Shown here in pieces: positions 47,496-57,179 of a DNA stretch of 64,000 bases. Position 1 is the first letter of the stretch. Each line of letters begins with the position of its first letter. Source of the stretch: Dehalococcoidia bacterium (GTDB taxonomy: Bacteria > Chloroflexota > Dehalococcoidia > Lucifugimonadales > UBA2985); the NCBI GenBank assembly GCA_034422115.1, contig DAOUJW010000020.1, forward strand, positions 41,352 to 105,351, given 5' to 3'. The notes beneath the pieces are model-generated. The model did no database searches and had not been told where the DNA came from. It saw only the letters and a list, made by a program, of their open reading frames with translations. The position numbers and the translations under genes are program-made.

Positions 47496-48419
47496 ATGAC
47501 AACCGTGACCAAGGGCAAACACCTTCTATCCATAGCCGACCTCTCTATTGAAGAGGTAGAGGCGCTCATCTACAGGGCCGCAGACATGAAGAACAGCCAC
47601 GCGCCGCAGGTGATGGCCGGGAAGTCGGCGGCGCTGCTCTTCGAGAAGCCCTCCCTGAGAACAAAGGTCAGCTTCGACGTGGCCGTGCACCAGCTTGGCG
47701 GCCACCCCATCTACCTCAGCCGGGATGAGGTGGGGATGGGCGTTCGCGAGCCGGTCTCGGACACGGCACGCATACTCTCCCGCTACGTGAGCGTGATCAT
47801 AGTACGCACCTTCGCCCAGAGCACCCTGGAGACCCTGGCCCAATACTCCTCCGTGCCTGTGATCAACGCCCTTTCCGACGACGAGCACCCCTGCCAGGCG
47901 CTTGCTGACCTCCTCACCGTCTACGAGAAGAAGGGCAGCCTGAAGGGAATCACCATCGCCTACGTAGGCGACGGCAACAACTGCGCCGTCAGCCTGGCCC
48001 TGGCCGCCGTGTCCGTGGGAGCCAACTTCACCATAGCCGCACCGCCCGGCTACCACATGCCGGACGCCGCCATGCACGAGGTCATCGAAAGGGGGAGGGC
48101 TACTGGGGTCAGGATCACCCTTACGGAGAGCCCCCAGGACGCCGTCAGAGGCGCGGACGTGGTGTACACGGACGTGTGGACAAGCATGGGGCAGGAGGAG
48201 GAGACGGAGATCAGGCGTCTGGCCTTCAGGGACTTCCGCGTGGACCCGGAGCTTATGGCCCTGGCCGCCGATGGCGCTCTCTTCATGCACCCGCTTCCGG
48301 CCCACCCAGGCGAGGAGATTTCAGAGGGCCTTCTTGAACACCCACAGTCGGTGGTCTACGACCAGGCGGAGAACCGGCTGCACGCGCAGAAAGCCGTACT
48401 TGCGGAGATACTGGCCTAG
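47496..48419 (+). CDS. argF: Ornithine carbamoyltransferase
   Basis: FEKPSLRT, HPCQALAD, YTDVWTSMG, HPLPA, QAENRLH. Confidence 0.95.
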   Translation: MTTVTKGKHLLSIADLSIEEVEALIYRAADMKNSHAPQVMAGKSAALLFEKPSLRTKVSFDVAVHQLGGHPIYLSRDEVGMGVREPVSDTARILSRYVSVIIVRTFAQSTLETLAQYSSVPVINALSDDEHPCQALADLLTVYEKKGSLKGITIAYVGDGNNCAVSLALAAVSVGANFTIAAPPGYHMPDAAMHEVIERGRATGVRITLTESPQDAVRGADVVYTDVWTSMGQEEETEIRRLAFRDFRVDPELMALAADGALFMHPLPAHPGEEISEGLLEHPQSVVYDQAENRLHAQKAVLAEILA

Positions 48420-48431
48420 AGGCGGAACCGT

Positions 48432-49754
48432 ATGACGGGACCCCTGGTAGCCATAGTCGGACGGCCCAACGTGGGCAAGTCCACCCTTTTCAATCGGCTG
48501 GTGGGCCAGTCGCTGGCCATTGTCTCGGACACGCCCGGCACCACCAGGGATCGCGTCACCGCCAGCGTGTCGTGGGGAGACCGCGTCTTCACCCTGGTCG
48601 ACACGGGCGGACTGGAGACGGCGCCGGTGTCGTCGGACATGTGGGATCTGGTCAGGGAGCAGGTGGAGGTTGCGATGGAGGAGGCCGACGCCATCGTCTT
48701 TCTGGTGGACGTGATGTCCGGCATAACCCCCGCCGACCGCGAGATTGCGCAGTCGCTTCGACAGATGGAGAAACCCCTGCTCCTGGTGGTGAACAAGGTG
48801 GACAACGCCAGGCGTGAGCAGGACGCGGTGGAGTTTCACGGGCTGGGCCTGGGCAACCCCGTTTTCATGAGCGCCTATCACAACCTGGGCATTGATGAGT
48901 TCTTCAGGGAGCTTGAGGCCATTCTGCCCTTTGCGCCTGAGGAGGAGACGGAGGAGATGCCCCGGCTGGCGATTGTGGGGCGACCCAACGTCGGCAAGTC
49001 CCAGCTGTTGAACGCAATCCTGGGTCACCAGCGGTCGATAGTCTCCGAGACGCCCGGCACGACCCGGGACGCCATCGACACGACCCTCACCTTCAACGAC
49101 AGGCCTATAACGCTGATCGACACGGCGGGAGTGCGGCGTCGCGGTCGCATAGAGAGGGGGATTGAGAAGTACAGCGTGCTCAGGGCCGTGCGGGCCATCG
49201 AGCGCTCCAACGTGTGCATCCTTGTCACCGACGCCACAGAGTCCATCACCGGCCAGGACACCCACGTCGCGGGGCAGGTGCTGGACACCTACAAGGGCGT
49301 GGTGATTGTGGTAAACAAGTGGGACATGGTTGAGGGAGAGGCGCAGAAGGCGGAGGCGCTGCGAGAGGTGCGCCGCAAGCTCAAGTTCATTCCCTACGCC
49401 CCCGTCTGCTTCACATCTGCGCTGAACGGGGACGGCGTCCGGGGGGTTGTTGAGACCGCCATCAGGGTGTACCGGGAAGGGGCAAAGATCGCACCGAGGG
49501 GCGCGCTGGAGAGGGCGTTGATGGAGGCCCTGGCGGCCCACCCGCCACCCACCAAGGGCAGCCGCTCCCTCAAGGTGTACCGCATCTATCAGAAGGGCAC
49601 CCACCCGCCCACCTTTATCCTGCCGGTCAACAACCCTGAGCTTGTCCACTTCTCCTACCAGAGATACCTGGAGAACCGCCTCCGCGACACCTTCGGCTTT
49701 GCGGGCAATCCGCTCCACCTGGTTTTCCCATCCTCAAGAGGCGGAAGGCTGTGA
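48432..49754 (+). CDS. der: Ribosome biogenesis GTPase Der
   Basis: Two GRPNVGKS domains, DTGG/DTAG, KH-like C-terminus. Confidence 0.97.
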   Translation: MTGPLVAIVGRPNVGKSTLFNRLVGQSLAIVSDTPGTTRDRVTASVSWGDRVFTLVDTGGLETAPVSSDMWDLVREQVEVAMEEADAIVFLVDVMSGITPADREIAQSLRQMEKPLLLVVNKVDNARREQDAVEFHGLGLGNPVFMSAYHNLGIDEFFRELEAILPFAPEEETEEMPRLAIVGRPNVGKSQLLNAILGHQRSIVSETPGTTRDAIDTTLTFNDRPITLIDTAGVRRRGRIERGIEKYSVLRAVRAIERSNVCILVTDATESITGQDTHVAGQVLDTYKGVVIVVNKWDMVEGEAQKAEALREVRRKLKFIPYAPVCFTSALNGDGVRGVVETAIRVYREGAKIAPRGALERALMEALAAHPPPTKGSRSLKVYRIYQKGTHPPTFILPVNNPELVHFSYQRYLENRLRDTFGFAGNPLHLVFPSSRGGRL

Positions 49755-50410
49755 CCTACGCCTGGCTCGTGCCCCTGTGCTACCTGCTGGGCAGCGTGCC
49801 CTTTGGCCTGCTGGTGGCGAAGTTCACCAAGGGCATTGACGTGCGTAGCTATGGCAGCGGCAACACGGGTATGACTAACGTGCTGCGAACGGCGGGCGTG
49901 GCCCCGGGCCTGCTGGTGCTTGCCCTCGACCTGGGCAAAGGCATAGCGCCCATCCTGATTGTCAGGGCGATAGAGCCTTCGCCCGGCCTGGAGGTCGCCA
50001 CCGCGCTTGCTGCGCTGTTGGGCCACAACTGGTCGGTGTTCATCCGGTTCAAGGGCGGGAAGGGTACCGCAACTGGACTGGGAACAGTATGCGCTATTTC
50101 CCCCGTGGCAGGACTTATCGTAATGGCGCTGTCAATCCCGCCGCTGGCGGCAACCCGATACGTCTCCCTGGGTTCCATAATGGGCGCGACCTCGGCCCTG
50201 GCCTCGTTGTTCGCGCTGGCAGTGCTGGCGCCGAACCTGGCCCTGGGCGTGTCGTCCCCAATCTACATCCTGTACACCGCCGTAGGCACTCCCATAGTGC
50301 TGTTCAAGCACCGGGAGAACATAGTCCGCATACTCAGAGGACAGGAGCGGAGGCTCGGCGAGAAGGTTGACCTGGGCGAACCCGTGCCGGGTCCCGCGGA
50401 CGGGGCGTGA
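49751..50410 (+). CDS. plsY: Glycerol-3-phosphate acyltransferase PlsY
   Basis: GSGNTGMTN, DLGKG, GHNWS, FKGGKG, HRENI. Confidence 0.95.
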   Translation: MTYAWLVPLCYLLGSVPFGLLVAKFTKGIDVRSYGSGNTGMTNVLRTAGVAPGLLVLALDLGKGIAPILIVRAIEPSPGLEVATALAALLGHNWSVFIRFKGGKGTATGLGTVCAISPVAGLIVMALSIPPLAATRYVSLGSIMGATSALASLFALAVLAPNLALGVSSPIYILYTAVGTPIVLFKHRENIVRILRGQERRLGEKVDLGEPVPGPADGA

Positions 50411-50414
50411 GCGC

Positions 50415-51434
50415 ATGGCGGCCAGGGCGTCCGTAATCGGAACGACGAGCTGGGGCACGACCCTGGCCACCATCCTTGCCGGTAACGGCGCCGACGTGCT
50501 GCTGTGGGCGCGCACCCCTGAAGAGGCTCAGGAGTTAGAGAGCGCCAGGGAGAACAAACGGCGCTTTCCCGGATACCCTTTCCCGTCGAACCTGCGCGTC
50601 ACCGCGTCCAGGGAGGAGGCGGCCGCGGTGGACATGGTTGTCATCGCCGTGCCGTCCCAAAGCCTGCGGGAGAACGTGCGCGGCCTTGCGCCTTTCTTGA
50701 CCCAGCCCTGCCTGGCGCTAAGCGCGACCAAGGGCCTGGAGAAGGAGTCGGCCAAGCGCATGAGCGAGATCCTGGCTGAGGAGCTGCCGGAGTCGTTTCA
50801 CGACGGCATATGCGTCCTCTCTGGCCCCAACCTGGCAAGGGAGATTATCGAGGGCAAACCGGCGTCCACGGTGGTTGCCTGCCGTGAGGAGAGCAACGCG
50901 GTCATGGCCCAGGGGATGTTCATGTCCCCCATGTTCAGGGTGTACACCAACACGGACGTGGTGGGCGTGGAGCTGGCCGGCAGCCTCAAGAACATCATCG
51001 CCCTTGGCGCGGGTGTGTGCGACGGCTTCGGGTACGGCGACAACGGGAAAGCGGCGTTCATCACCCGCGGGCTGGTGGAGATAACGCGCCTGGGCGTGGC
51101 GGCCGGCGCGAACCCCCTGACCTTCGCCGGGCTGGCCGGGCTGGGCGACCTTACCGCCACCTGCGCCAGCCCCCTCAGCAGGAACAGGCACGTGGGCGAG
51201 CAGCTGGCGTCTGGCAAAGGGCTGCCGGAGATACTAGCCTCAATGGGCAACGTCGCAGAGGGCGTGGACACTACGCTGGGCGCGCTCGTGCTGGCCTCCC
51301 GCTTGGGGGTGGACATGCCCATAACCCAGGCCATAAGCGAGGTGCTGTTCAACGGCCTGGACCCTCGGGAGGCGGTGGCGGGTCTCATGGGCCGCGCGCC
51401 GCAGCCGGAGTGGGCGGGCATCCAGCCCAATTGA
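50415..51434 (+). CDS. gpsA: NAD(P)H-dependent glycerol-3-phosphate dehydrogenase
   Basis: GTTSWG, TKGLE, SGPNLA, LKNIIAL, GDLTATC..SRN; ATG at 50415. Confidence 0.96.
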   Translation: MAARASVIGTTSWGTTLATILAGNGADVLLWARTPEEAQELESARENKRRFPGYPFPSNLRVTASREEAAAVDMVVIAVPSQSLRENVRGLAPFLTQPCLALSATKGLEKESAKRMSEILAEELPESFHDGICVLSGPNLAREIIEGKPASTVVACREESNAVMAQGMFMSPMFRVYTNTDVVGVELAGSLKNIIALGAGVCDGFGYGDNGKAAFITRGLVEITRLGVAAGANPLTFAGLAGLGDLTATCASPLSRNRHVGEQLASGKGLPEILASMGNVAEGVDTTLGALVLASRLGVDMPITQAISEVLFNGLDPREAVAGLMGRAPQPEWAGIQPN

Positions 51435-51510
51435 CTCCACTCAGGAATTGGCATACGCTAGGACACACTATAGGGAACATCTGGATAAGTAAAACGTCGC
51501 TCCTCCGTCC

Positions 51511-51577
51511 CGTCATTCCTGCGGAAGCAGGAATCTGAAAGTGTGGGGCAGAGGTTCCTGCTTTCGCAGGAACGACG
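51511..51577. repeat. CGTC-tagged REP doublet
   Basis: CGTCATTCCTGCGGAAGCAGGAATCT ... GAGGTTCCTGCTTTCGCAGGAACGACG; an inverse-orientation relative of 5986-6051. Confidence 0.85.
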
Positions 51578-51631
51578 TCCTTGAATGAGTTTCTAATTTA
51601 CCACGAAATACAGGACGGACATAACCTCAAT

Positions 51632-52900
51632 ATGTACAAAAAGACTGTAACAGACAACGGCCTTCGCATACTCACCAGCCAGATGCCCCACACCCAGTCC
51701 GTCAGCGTTGTGCTGTACGTGGGCGCGGGCTCCAGGTACGAGGTGGAAGAGGAGGCGGGCATATCGCACTTCGTGGAGCACATGTGCTTCAAGGGGACTC
51801 GTCGCCGTCCGACTTCCCAGGAGATCAGCGAGGCCATCGAGGGCGTGGGAGGCGTGTTCAACGCCGCCACAGATCGGGAGCTGACCACCTACTGGTGCAA
51901 GGTGCCCGTCGCCCACCTGCGGATGGCCCTGGACGTGATGACGGACATCGTCAAGGAGCCGCTAATCGATCCTGAGGAGGTCGAGAAGGAGCGTCTCGTT
52001 ATCCAGGAGGAGCTGTCCATGAGCAACGACGTGCCCAGCTACAGGGCGGACATGCTCATTGACGAGGTGATGTGGCCCAACCAGCCCCTTGGCAGAGACG
52101 TGGGCGGCGCCAAAGAGTCCGTGAACGCCATCTCCAGGGACGACCTGGTTGGCTACATGCAGCGACAGTACACCACGCCAAACCTGGTGGTCAGCGTGGC
52201 CGGCAACATCTCCGACGACGAGGTCACCGATGAAGTGGCCCGGCACTTTCGAGACTGGAACTCGCGCAAAGCCGAGACCTGGTTCCCCGCCGAGGACGAG
52301 CAGTCGGCTCCCAGGATGAAGCTGGAGCACCGCAAGACGGAGCAGGCCCACCTCTGCATCTCAGTCAAGGGGCTGTCGTCCGTTCACCCGGACAGGTACG
52401 CGCTGGACCTGCTGAACACGGTGATGGGGGAGGGGATGAGCAGCCGGCTGTTCCTGGAGCTGCGTGAGAAGCAGAGCCTGGTCTACGATGTCCACACAAC
52501 CTCCAGCCACCTGAAAGACTGCGGCTCCTTCACCACCTACGCCGGTGTGGACCCCAAGAACGCCAAGCGCGCCATAGACTCCGTGCTGCGGGAGATGGTC
52601 AGGGCCAAAGAGCCAATCCCGGAGGAGGAGCTTCGCAAGGCCAAGGAGTTTCTCAAGGGCCGCCTGGTGCTGCGCATGGAGGACAGCCGCAGCGTGGCCG
52701 CGTGGCTGGGGGCACAGGAGCTTCTGCTGAACAACATTTACACGGTGGAAGAGGTGCTGGGCCGCGTCGACGCAATCACGCCGGAGGACATCCAGCGTGT
52801 GGCCGAGAGCGTGCTGGTGGGCGAGAAGCTGAACTTGGCAGTGGTGGGGCCGTTCCGCAGCGACAGGTCATTCCAGTCCAGCCTCAAGGGGCTGGGGTAG
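51632..52900 (+). CDS. M16-family zinc peptidase (pitrilysin-like)
   Basis: GSRYE, HFVEHMCFKGT, MSSRLF..LREK. Confidence 0.94.
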   Translation: MYKKTVTDNGLRILTSQMPHTQSVSVVLYVGAGSRYEVEEEAGISHFVEHMCFKGTRRRPTSQEISEAIEGVGGVFNAATDRELTTYWCKVPVAHLRMALDVMTDIVKEPLIDPEEVEKERLVIQEELSMSNDVPSYRADMLIDEVMWPNQPLGRDVGGAKESVNAISRDDLVGYMQRQYTTPNLVVSVAGNISDDEVTDEVARHFRDWNSRKAETWFPAEDEQSAPRMKLEHRKTEQAHLCISVKGLSSVHPDRYALDLLNTVMGEGMSSRLFLELREKQSLVYDVHTTSSHLKDCGSFTTYAGVDPKNAKRAIDSVLREMVRAKEPIPEEELRKAKEFLKGRLVLRMEDSRSVAAWLGAQELLLNNIYTVEEVLGRVDAITPEDIQRVAESVLVGEKLNLAVVGPFRSDRSFQSSLKGLG

Positions 52901-53838
52901 AGCGGGACGGTCAATACACCAGTTCTCGCTTTTAAGTACGCAGCAGTGCTGAGCGAGATACCTGCGCTCCGATGCCATTACCGCCAAAACAAACGGTTTT
53001 AAGTGGAAGCAATAGGCAACCGGCATTCCCGTGAAAACTGGAATCTAGGGGGCAGAGTGTGGACTCCCGCCTACGCGGGAGTGACGGAAAGCCGTGTATT
53101 TTTATCTCCTTACGTGACCCTAGCAAGGCCATAGTGATTCGGTGATGACTAAGATGGCCGCAAGCAGCCTGCCTCCAGATTACACCGAGGTCGGCAGATG
53201 GAGCCTGACGCAGGCGTCGGTCAAGGAACGCTTGCTCGCGGGTGTGGCTATGCTAATCCTCTTCTTCATCTCGCTCGCGACCGTCAGCCTCATTGGGTCT
53301 GTCGTTACGGGTTCGGACCGGATAACGATGGAAGGGAGTACCCTTATCACTGGTTCGCTTATAGGGGTTGTGGTTGGAGTCACGCTCCACGAGTTGGTCC
53401 ATGGCGCTGTTTTCCTCGCGTTCCATGCCCGTCCCCGCTTTGGATTCAAGCCTTGGACGCGGTTTGGACCGGTTTTCTTTGCCACATCCCCCGGAAACTA
53501 CCTTCCGAGAACGCAGTACCTCGCTGTTGCCTTGTCAACGGCCTTGCTGCTAACGGCCGCATTGGCGGCGGCCATTGCAACTGCATTCGCTCTTGATTTG
53601 CAAGGAGGCTTACTCTCATCCGTCCTGCTGTGGGCTTTCTTGCTGAACGCGGTTGGCTCGGCGGGCGATCTATTCATCGCGTCAAAGGTCATGGGATATC
53701 CAGGCGCGACGTACTTTGAAGATACCAGTGAAGGCTTCGTTGCCTACGGCCCGGCGAGTGTAGACAGATCGAGGCAGTAGTTGGGCCGTACCGCAGAGCG
53801 CCAGGTCGTTCCAGTCAAGCCTCAAGGGGCTGGGGTAG
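52837..53838 (+). repeat. About 65-bp direct repeat of the M16 gene 3' end (52837-52900 and 53773-53838)
   Basis: Both copies end CAGCCTCAAGGGGCTGGGGTAG / AAGCCTCAAGGGGCTGGGGTAG and align over about 65 bp with a few substitutions and a 2-bp indel. Confidence 0.85.
53142..53780 (+). CDS. DUF3267-like membrane zincin
   Basis: HELVH motif, NAVGSAGD, several TMs; the exact start is uncertain. Confidence 0.82.
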   Translation: MMTKMAASSLPPDYTEVGRWSLTQASVKERLLAGVAMLILFFISLATVSLIGSVVTGSDRITMEGSTLITGSLIGVVVGVTLHELVHGAVFLAFHARPRFGFKPWTRFGPVFFATSPGNYLPRTQYLAVALSTALLLTAALAAAIATAFALDLQGGLLSSVLLWAFLLNAVGSAGDLFIASKVMGYPGATYFEDTSEGFVAYGPASVDRSRQ

Positions 53839-53966
53839 TGGTACAGCGTTTCCAGCATATCTAGCTGTCTTGCTTTCCACATCTCTCGGATCTTCTGATC
53901 AATCCTTTCATTGCCTCTATTCTGTTGCAGTAAAGGTATTGCATTGTCCATTTAATTGGTGTAAAC

Positions 53967-53985
53967 TAGTTTGTAACACAAACTA
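53967..53985. promoter_or_regulatory. Palindromic operator upstream of a membrane protein + wHTH regulator pair
   Basis: TAGTTTGT-AAC-ACAAACTA perfect 8-3-8 inverted repeat. Confidence 0.6.
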
Positions 53986-54011
53986 AACGGGCAATAACAA
54001 GGAGGCGAAAG

Positions 54012-54644
54012 ATGCAAGAAGCGGACGGCGGAACGAGACCCCTCTCGCCACAAGAGGGTTGGCAATCCATTCACTCCACAATGGAGACAGCCAGAAGCTC
54101 AATGTACCTGGCGGGAACCACTACGATAATCCTGCTCTGGGGCGTGATAGTGTCCCTGGGGCTGATCTCCCAGTACACGATTGAGGCGCTTGCGCCCGGC
54201 TTCGTGACCAGCGCTCCCTGGTTTCCAGGGCCGATGTGGGGCGTTCTGGCTACGGCGGGCACTATCGGCAGCGCGGTCATAGGGCATCGCGCCGGCAGGG
54301 AGAACGCGGCCGGGGACGCTATGCGCAGCGCCGGGATCAGGGTGTTCCTCTTCTGGCTTGCGGTCCTGGCAGCCGCGTTCTTCATTCCGGCGGCAGCGGG
54401 ACTCTGGAACGCGGACGGAGCGGAGAGGATACCCCACGTTGCCATCGGCGTAGTGGCGCTGGGCTTCGTGCTGTTCGGCATTATGGTACGCCCGGTGCTG
54501 GCGGCCGTGGGCGTCGGCATAGCGGCGGCGTTCTACATCCCCTGGTACCTGGCAGGCGACGCCGCGCCCCTGGTGACGGCGGCTGCAATACTGGTGCTGG
54601 TCGCGCTGAGCGCGTGGTGGATACGCAGGAGCGGCGTCCTGTGA
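54012..54644 (+). CDS. Integral membrane protein
   Basis: About 6 TM; AGGAGG RBS; GTGA overlap with the downstream regulator. Confidence 0.82.
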   Translation: MQEADGGTRPLSPQEGWQSIHSTMETARSSMYLAGTTTIILLWGVIVSLGLISQYTIEALAPGFVTSAPWFPGPMWGVLATAGTIGSAVIGHRAGRENAAGDAMRSAGIRVFLFWLAVLAAAFFIPAAAGLWNADGAERIPHVAIGVVALGFVLFGIMVRPVLAAVGVGIAAAFYIPWYLAGDAAPLVTAAAILVLVALSAWWIRRSGVL

Positions 54645-54952
54645 CGGACGACATTGTCTTGGACGAGACCATCCACCAATCCACCCGGCTGCGCATAATG
54701 ACCATGCTGGTCTCCATGCCGGAGTCCGACAGGCTGGCCTACGGCTTCATCCAGAAGACGCTGGACCTGACCGGCGGGAACCTGACAACCCACCTGCGTA
54801 AGCTGGAGGACGCCGACTTCCTGGCCATCACCAAGGAGTTCCAGGACTCCAAGCCGCAGACGTGGGTGCAGGCAACGCCGACGGGCCGACGCGCCTTCGC
54901 CGACTATCTGTCCAACCTGCATAAGGCGTTGAGCTGGGAGCCGCAGGCGTAG
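54641..54952 (+). CDS. Winged-helix transcriptional regulator (ArsR/MarR-like)
   Basis: IHQSTRLRIM, LTGGNLTTHLRKLE, TPTGRRAF. Confidence 0.88.
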   Translation: MTDDIVLDETIHQSTRLRIMTMLVSMPESDRLAYGFIQKTLDLTGGNLTTHLRKLEDADFLAITKEFQDSKPQTWVQATPTGRRAFADYLSNLHKALSWEPQA

Positions 54953-55037
54953 TTGACGCCGCTTATACTGAGCCTGTCGAAGTATGAGCGGTGTCGTTCA
55001 TCATAACCAACGCCTGTAGAGAATATCAGCAGGCATC

Positions 55038-55072
55038 TTGACATCAACTATATCGGCTGCTATGATGCTCAC
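55038..55072 (+). promoter_or_regulatory. Leaderless promoter of the vapBC module
   Basis: TTGACA-17-TATGAT-6nt-ATG. Confidence 0.75.
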
Positions 55073-55342
55073 ATGAGAACTACATTGACACTGGATGATG
55101 ACATAGCAGACGCCCTGCGGGAGCGGGCGCGGCTCACAGACACGCCGTTCAAACGGGTGGTGAATGACGCCCTGAGACAAGGTATGTCTCAGGGGACGGT
55201 GGAAGCCGCTCGCCCGGAGTATCGCGTTGTTCCCAAGCACGGCGGGTTCGCCCCTGGCGTAGATCCGCTCAGACTGAACCAGCTCAACGACCAGCTGATC
55301 GCTGAGGAGACTCTCGGGAAGGACAGGCCGGGCGCGAGTTGA
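55073..55342 (+). CDS. VapB-type antitoxin (RHH)
   Basis: MRTTLTLDDDIADALRERAR...KRVVNDALR; overlaps a PIN gene. Confidence 0.88.
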   Translation: MRTTLTLDDDIADALRERARLTDTPFKRVVNDALRQGMSQGTVEAARPEYRVVPKHGGFAPGVDPLRLNQLNDQLIAEETLGKDRPGAS

Positions 55343-55764
55343 TAATCCCGGACCTCAATCTGCTTGTCTACGCCCACTACGACGGAGCGCCTCACCACAA
55401 GGCCGCCAAGGGCTGGTGGGAGGGCTTGGTCAACGGCTCGGAGCGAGTGGGGGTCCCGTGGGCTGTGGCGACGGGCTTTGTCAGGCTGATGACCCATCCC
55501 AGGGTGGTCACCAATCCGGCAACCCCGGCGGAGGCGATTGACTATATTCAGGAGTGGTTCCGATTTCCCCACGTCATGCCCATCAACCCCGGGACGGACC
55601 ACCTTGCCCACCTCCGGCAGAGCCTTGTCGCGGCCGGCGTCGGCGCTGACCTGGTGACTGACGCACATCTGGCCTCCATAGCTATGGAGTACCAGGCGGA
55701 ACTCCACTCCAACGACGTCGACTTCAGCCGCTTCCCCGGCCTCCGCTGGCGCAATCCCCTCTGA
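55339..55764 (+). CDS. vapC: PIN-domain toxin VapC
   Basis: IPDLNLLVYA, FVRLMTHP, TDAHLA, SNDVDFSRFPGLRWRNPL. Confidence 0.92.
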   Translation: MIIPDLNLLVYAHYDGAPHHKAAKGWWEGLVNGSERVGVPWAVATGFVRLMTHPRVVTNPATPAEAIDYIQEWFRFPHVMPINPGTDHLAHLRQSLVAAGVGADLVTDAHLASIAMEYQAELHSNDVDFSRFPGLRWRNPL

Positions 55765-55808
55765 CCAGGACGCAGCAATGCTGGTGGGAGCCGCTTGACA
55801 TCGCCCTG

Positions 55809-57179
55809 TCAAGCCAGGTGCTGAATGAGCAGAGCGGCCATGCCCAGGAAGATCAGGAAGCCCAGCACGTCGGTAAAGGTGGTCACGAAAACGGCGGAGG
55901 ACACGGCGGGATCCATCCCGAACCGCTTGAGCAGCAGAGGCACGCTGCTTCCGGCAAGGCCCGCCACTATCATGTTGCCCAGCATCGCCGCGCCCACCAC
56001 CACGCCCAGCATGATTGACCCCTTCCAGAAGTAGGCAGCCACGCCCACCGCCGCCGCCAGCAGCATGCCGTGCACCAAGGCCAAGAGAAGCTCGCGGCCA
56101 ATGAGCCGTATGCCGCTGTGCCTGCTTATCTCGCCCAGGGCCATGCTGCGCACCACCAGCGTCAGGGTCTGTGTGCCCGCTATCCCGCCCTGACCGGCTA
56201 CCACGGGCAGGAACACCGCCAGCACCGCCACCTTGGCAATCGTCGACTCAAAGAGGTTGATGACCAGGGCCGCCAGGAACACGGTGCCCAGGTTGGTGGT
56301 CAGCCAGGGCAGCCGGCTGCGGACGGAGTTGCCCAGGGAGGACAGCACCCGCTCACCGGACAGTCCCGCTATTCTGAACATGTCCTCCGTAGCCTCCTCC
56401 TCCATCACGTGCACCACGGCCTCCACGTGGATGATGCCGATGAGCTTGTGCTCATGGTCCACAACGGGCAGATGCCGCAGGTCGTACCGCTCTATCAGGC
56501 GGGCGCACTCCTCCTGGTCGGTCTCCGGCGGCACGGACACTATTTCAGGGCGCATTATGTCCCTGACGATCTCTTCAGTAGGGGAGAGGGCAAGTCGAGT
56601 CACGGTGATGTAACCCAGCAGCCTGCCATCCGCATCGACCACGAAGATGGCGCTGAACTCCTCGGCCCTGCGTCCCAGGAGGCGCAGGACGTCCAGCGCA
56701 ATGCCGGCAGACATGTAGTCCGACACAACCGGGTAGTCTGCAACCATCAGCCCGCCGGCCGTGTCATCCGGGTAGCCCAGCAGAGGGGCTATCTCAGCGG
56801 CCTCCGTCATAACGGCCAGGGTTTCCCGTGACTGCTCGGCGGGAAGGTTTCTCAGGATGTCCGCGGCCACGTCCGGGCGGGTGCGGTCAAGGATCACCGA
56901 GAGCGCCCTTGAGTCGATTCCGGCGGCGATCTCAGAGGACTCTTCCGGGTCGACGCGCTCCAGGATCTGGACGATCTCCTCAACCGAAAGCTCGCTCAGC
57001 AGCGCCTCTTCAAGCTCCAGCAGCACCTCGCCCTGGTCGACGGGGTGCATCTCCTTGAGCAGGGCCACGGCCTCGGCCCTGTTGCCGTCCTCCAGAAGCC
57101 GCAGGACGCGGTCAACCTCCTCGCGCGCCCTCTCCTCTGCGGAAGGCGGCTCTGCGGCGACGTGCTGGTCTTCAGTCAT
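55809..57179 (-). CDS. mgtE: Magnesium transporter MgtE
   Basis: TAGGLM, CBS pair, EEATEDM, RLPWL, GQGGIAGTQ, DPAVSS...TDV. Confidence 0.95.
   Translation of the reverse strand: MTEDQHVAAEPPSAEERAREEVDRVLRLLEDGNRAEAVALLKEMHPVDQGEVLLELEEALLSELSVEEIVQILERVDPEESSEIAAGIDSRALSVILDRTRPDVAADILRNLPAEQSRETLAVMTEAAEIAPLLGYPDDTAGGLMVADYPVVSDYMSAGIALDVLRLLGRRAEEFSAIFVVDADGRLLGYITVTRLALSPTEEIVRDIMRPEIVSVPPETDQEECARLIERYDLRHLPVVDHEHKLIGIIHVEAVVHVMEEEATEDMFRIAGLSGERVLSSLGNSVRSRLPWLTTNLGTVFLAALVINLFESTIAKVAVLAVFLPVVAGQGGIAGTQTLTLVVRSMALGEISRHSGIRLIGRELLLALVHGMLLAAAVGVAAYFWKGSIMLGVVVGAAMLGNMIVAGLAGSSVPLLLKRFGMDPAVSSAVFVTTFTDVLGFLIFLGMAALLIQHLA

Noticed and set aside
53682-53951. 89-aa minus-strand ORF
   Set aside because: It runs through the duplicated M16 end and antisense to the DUF3267 gene, with no RBS or recognisable motif.
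54936-55800. TGGGAGCCGC 10-bp repeat on both sides of the second vapBC module as an att pair
   Set aside because: It is too short for a GC-rich genome and the alignment does not extend.
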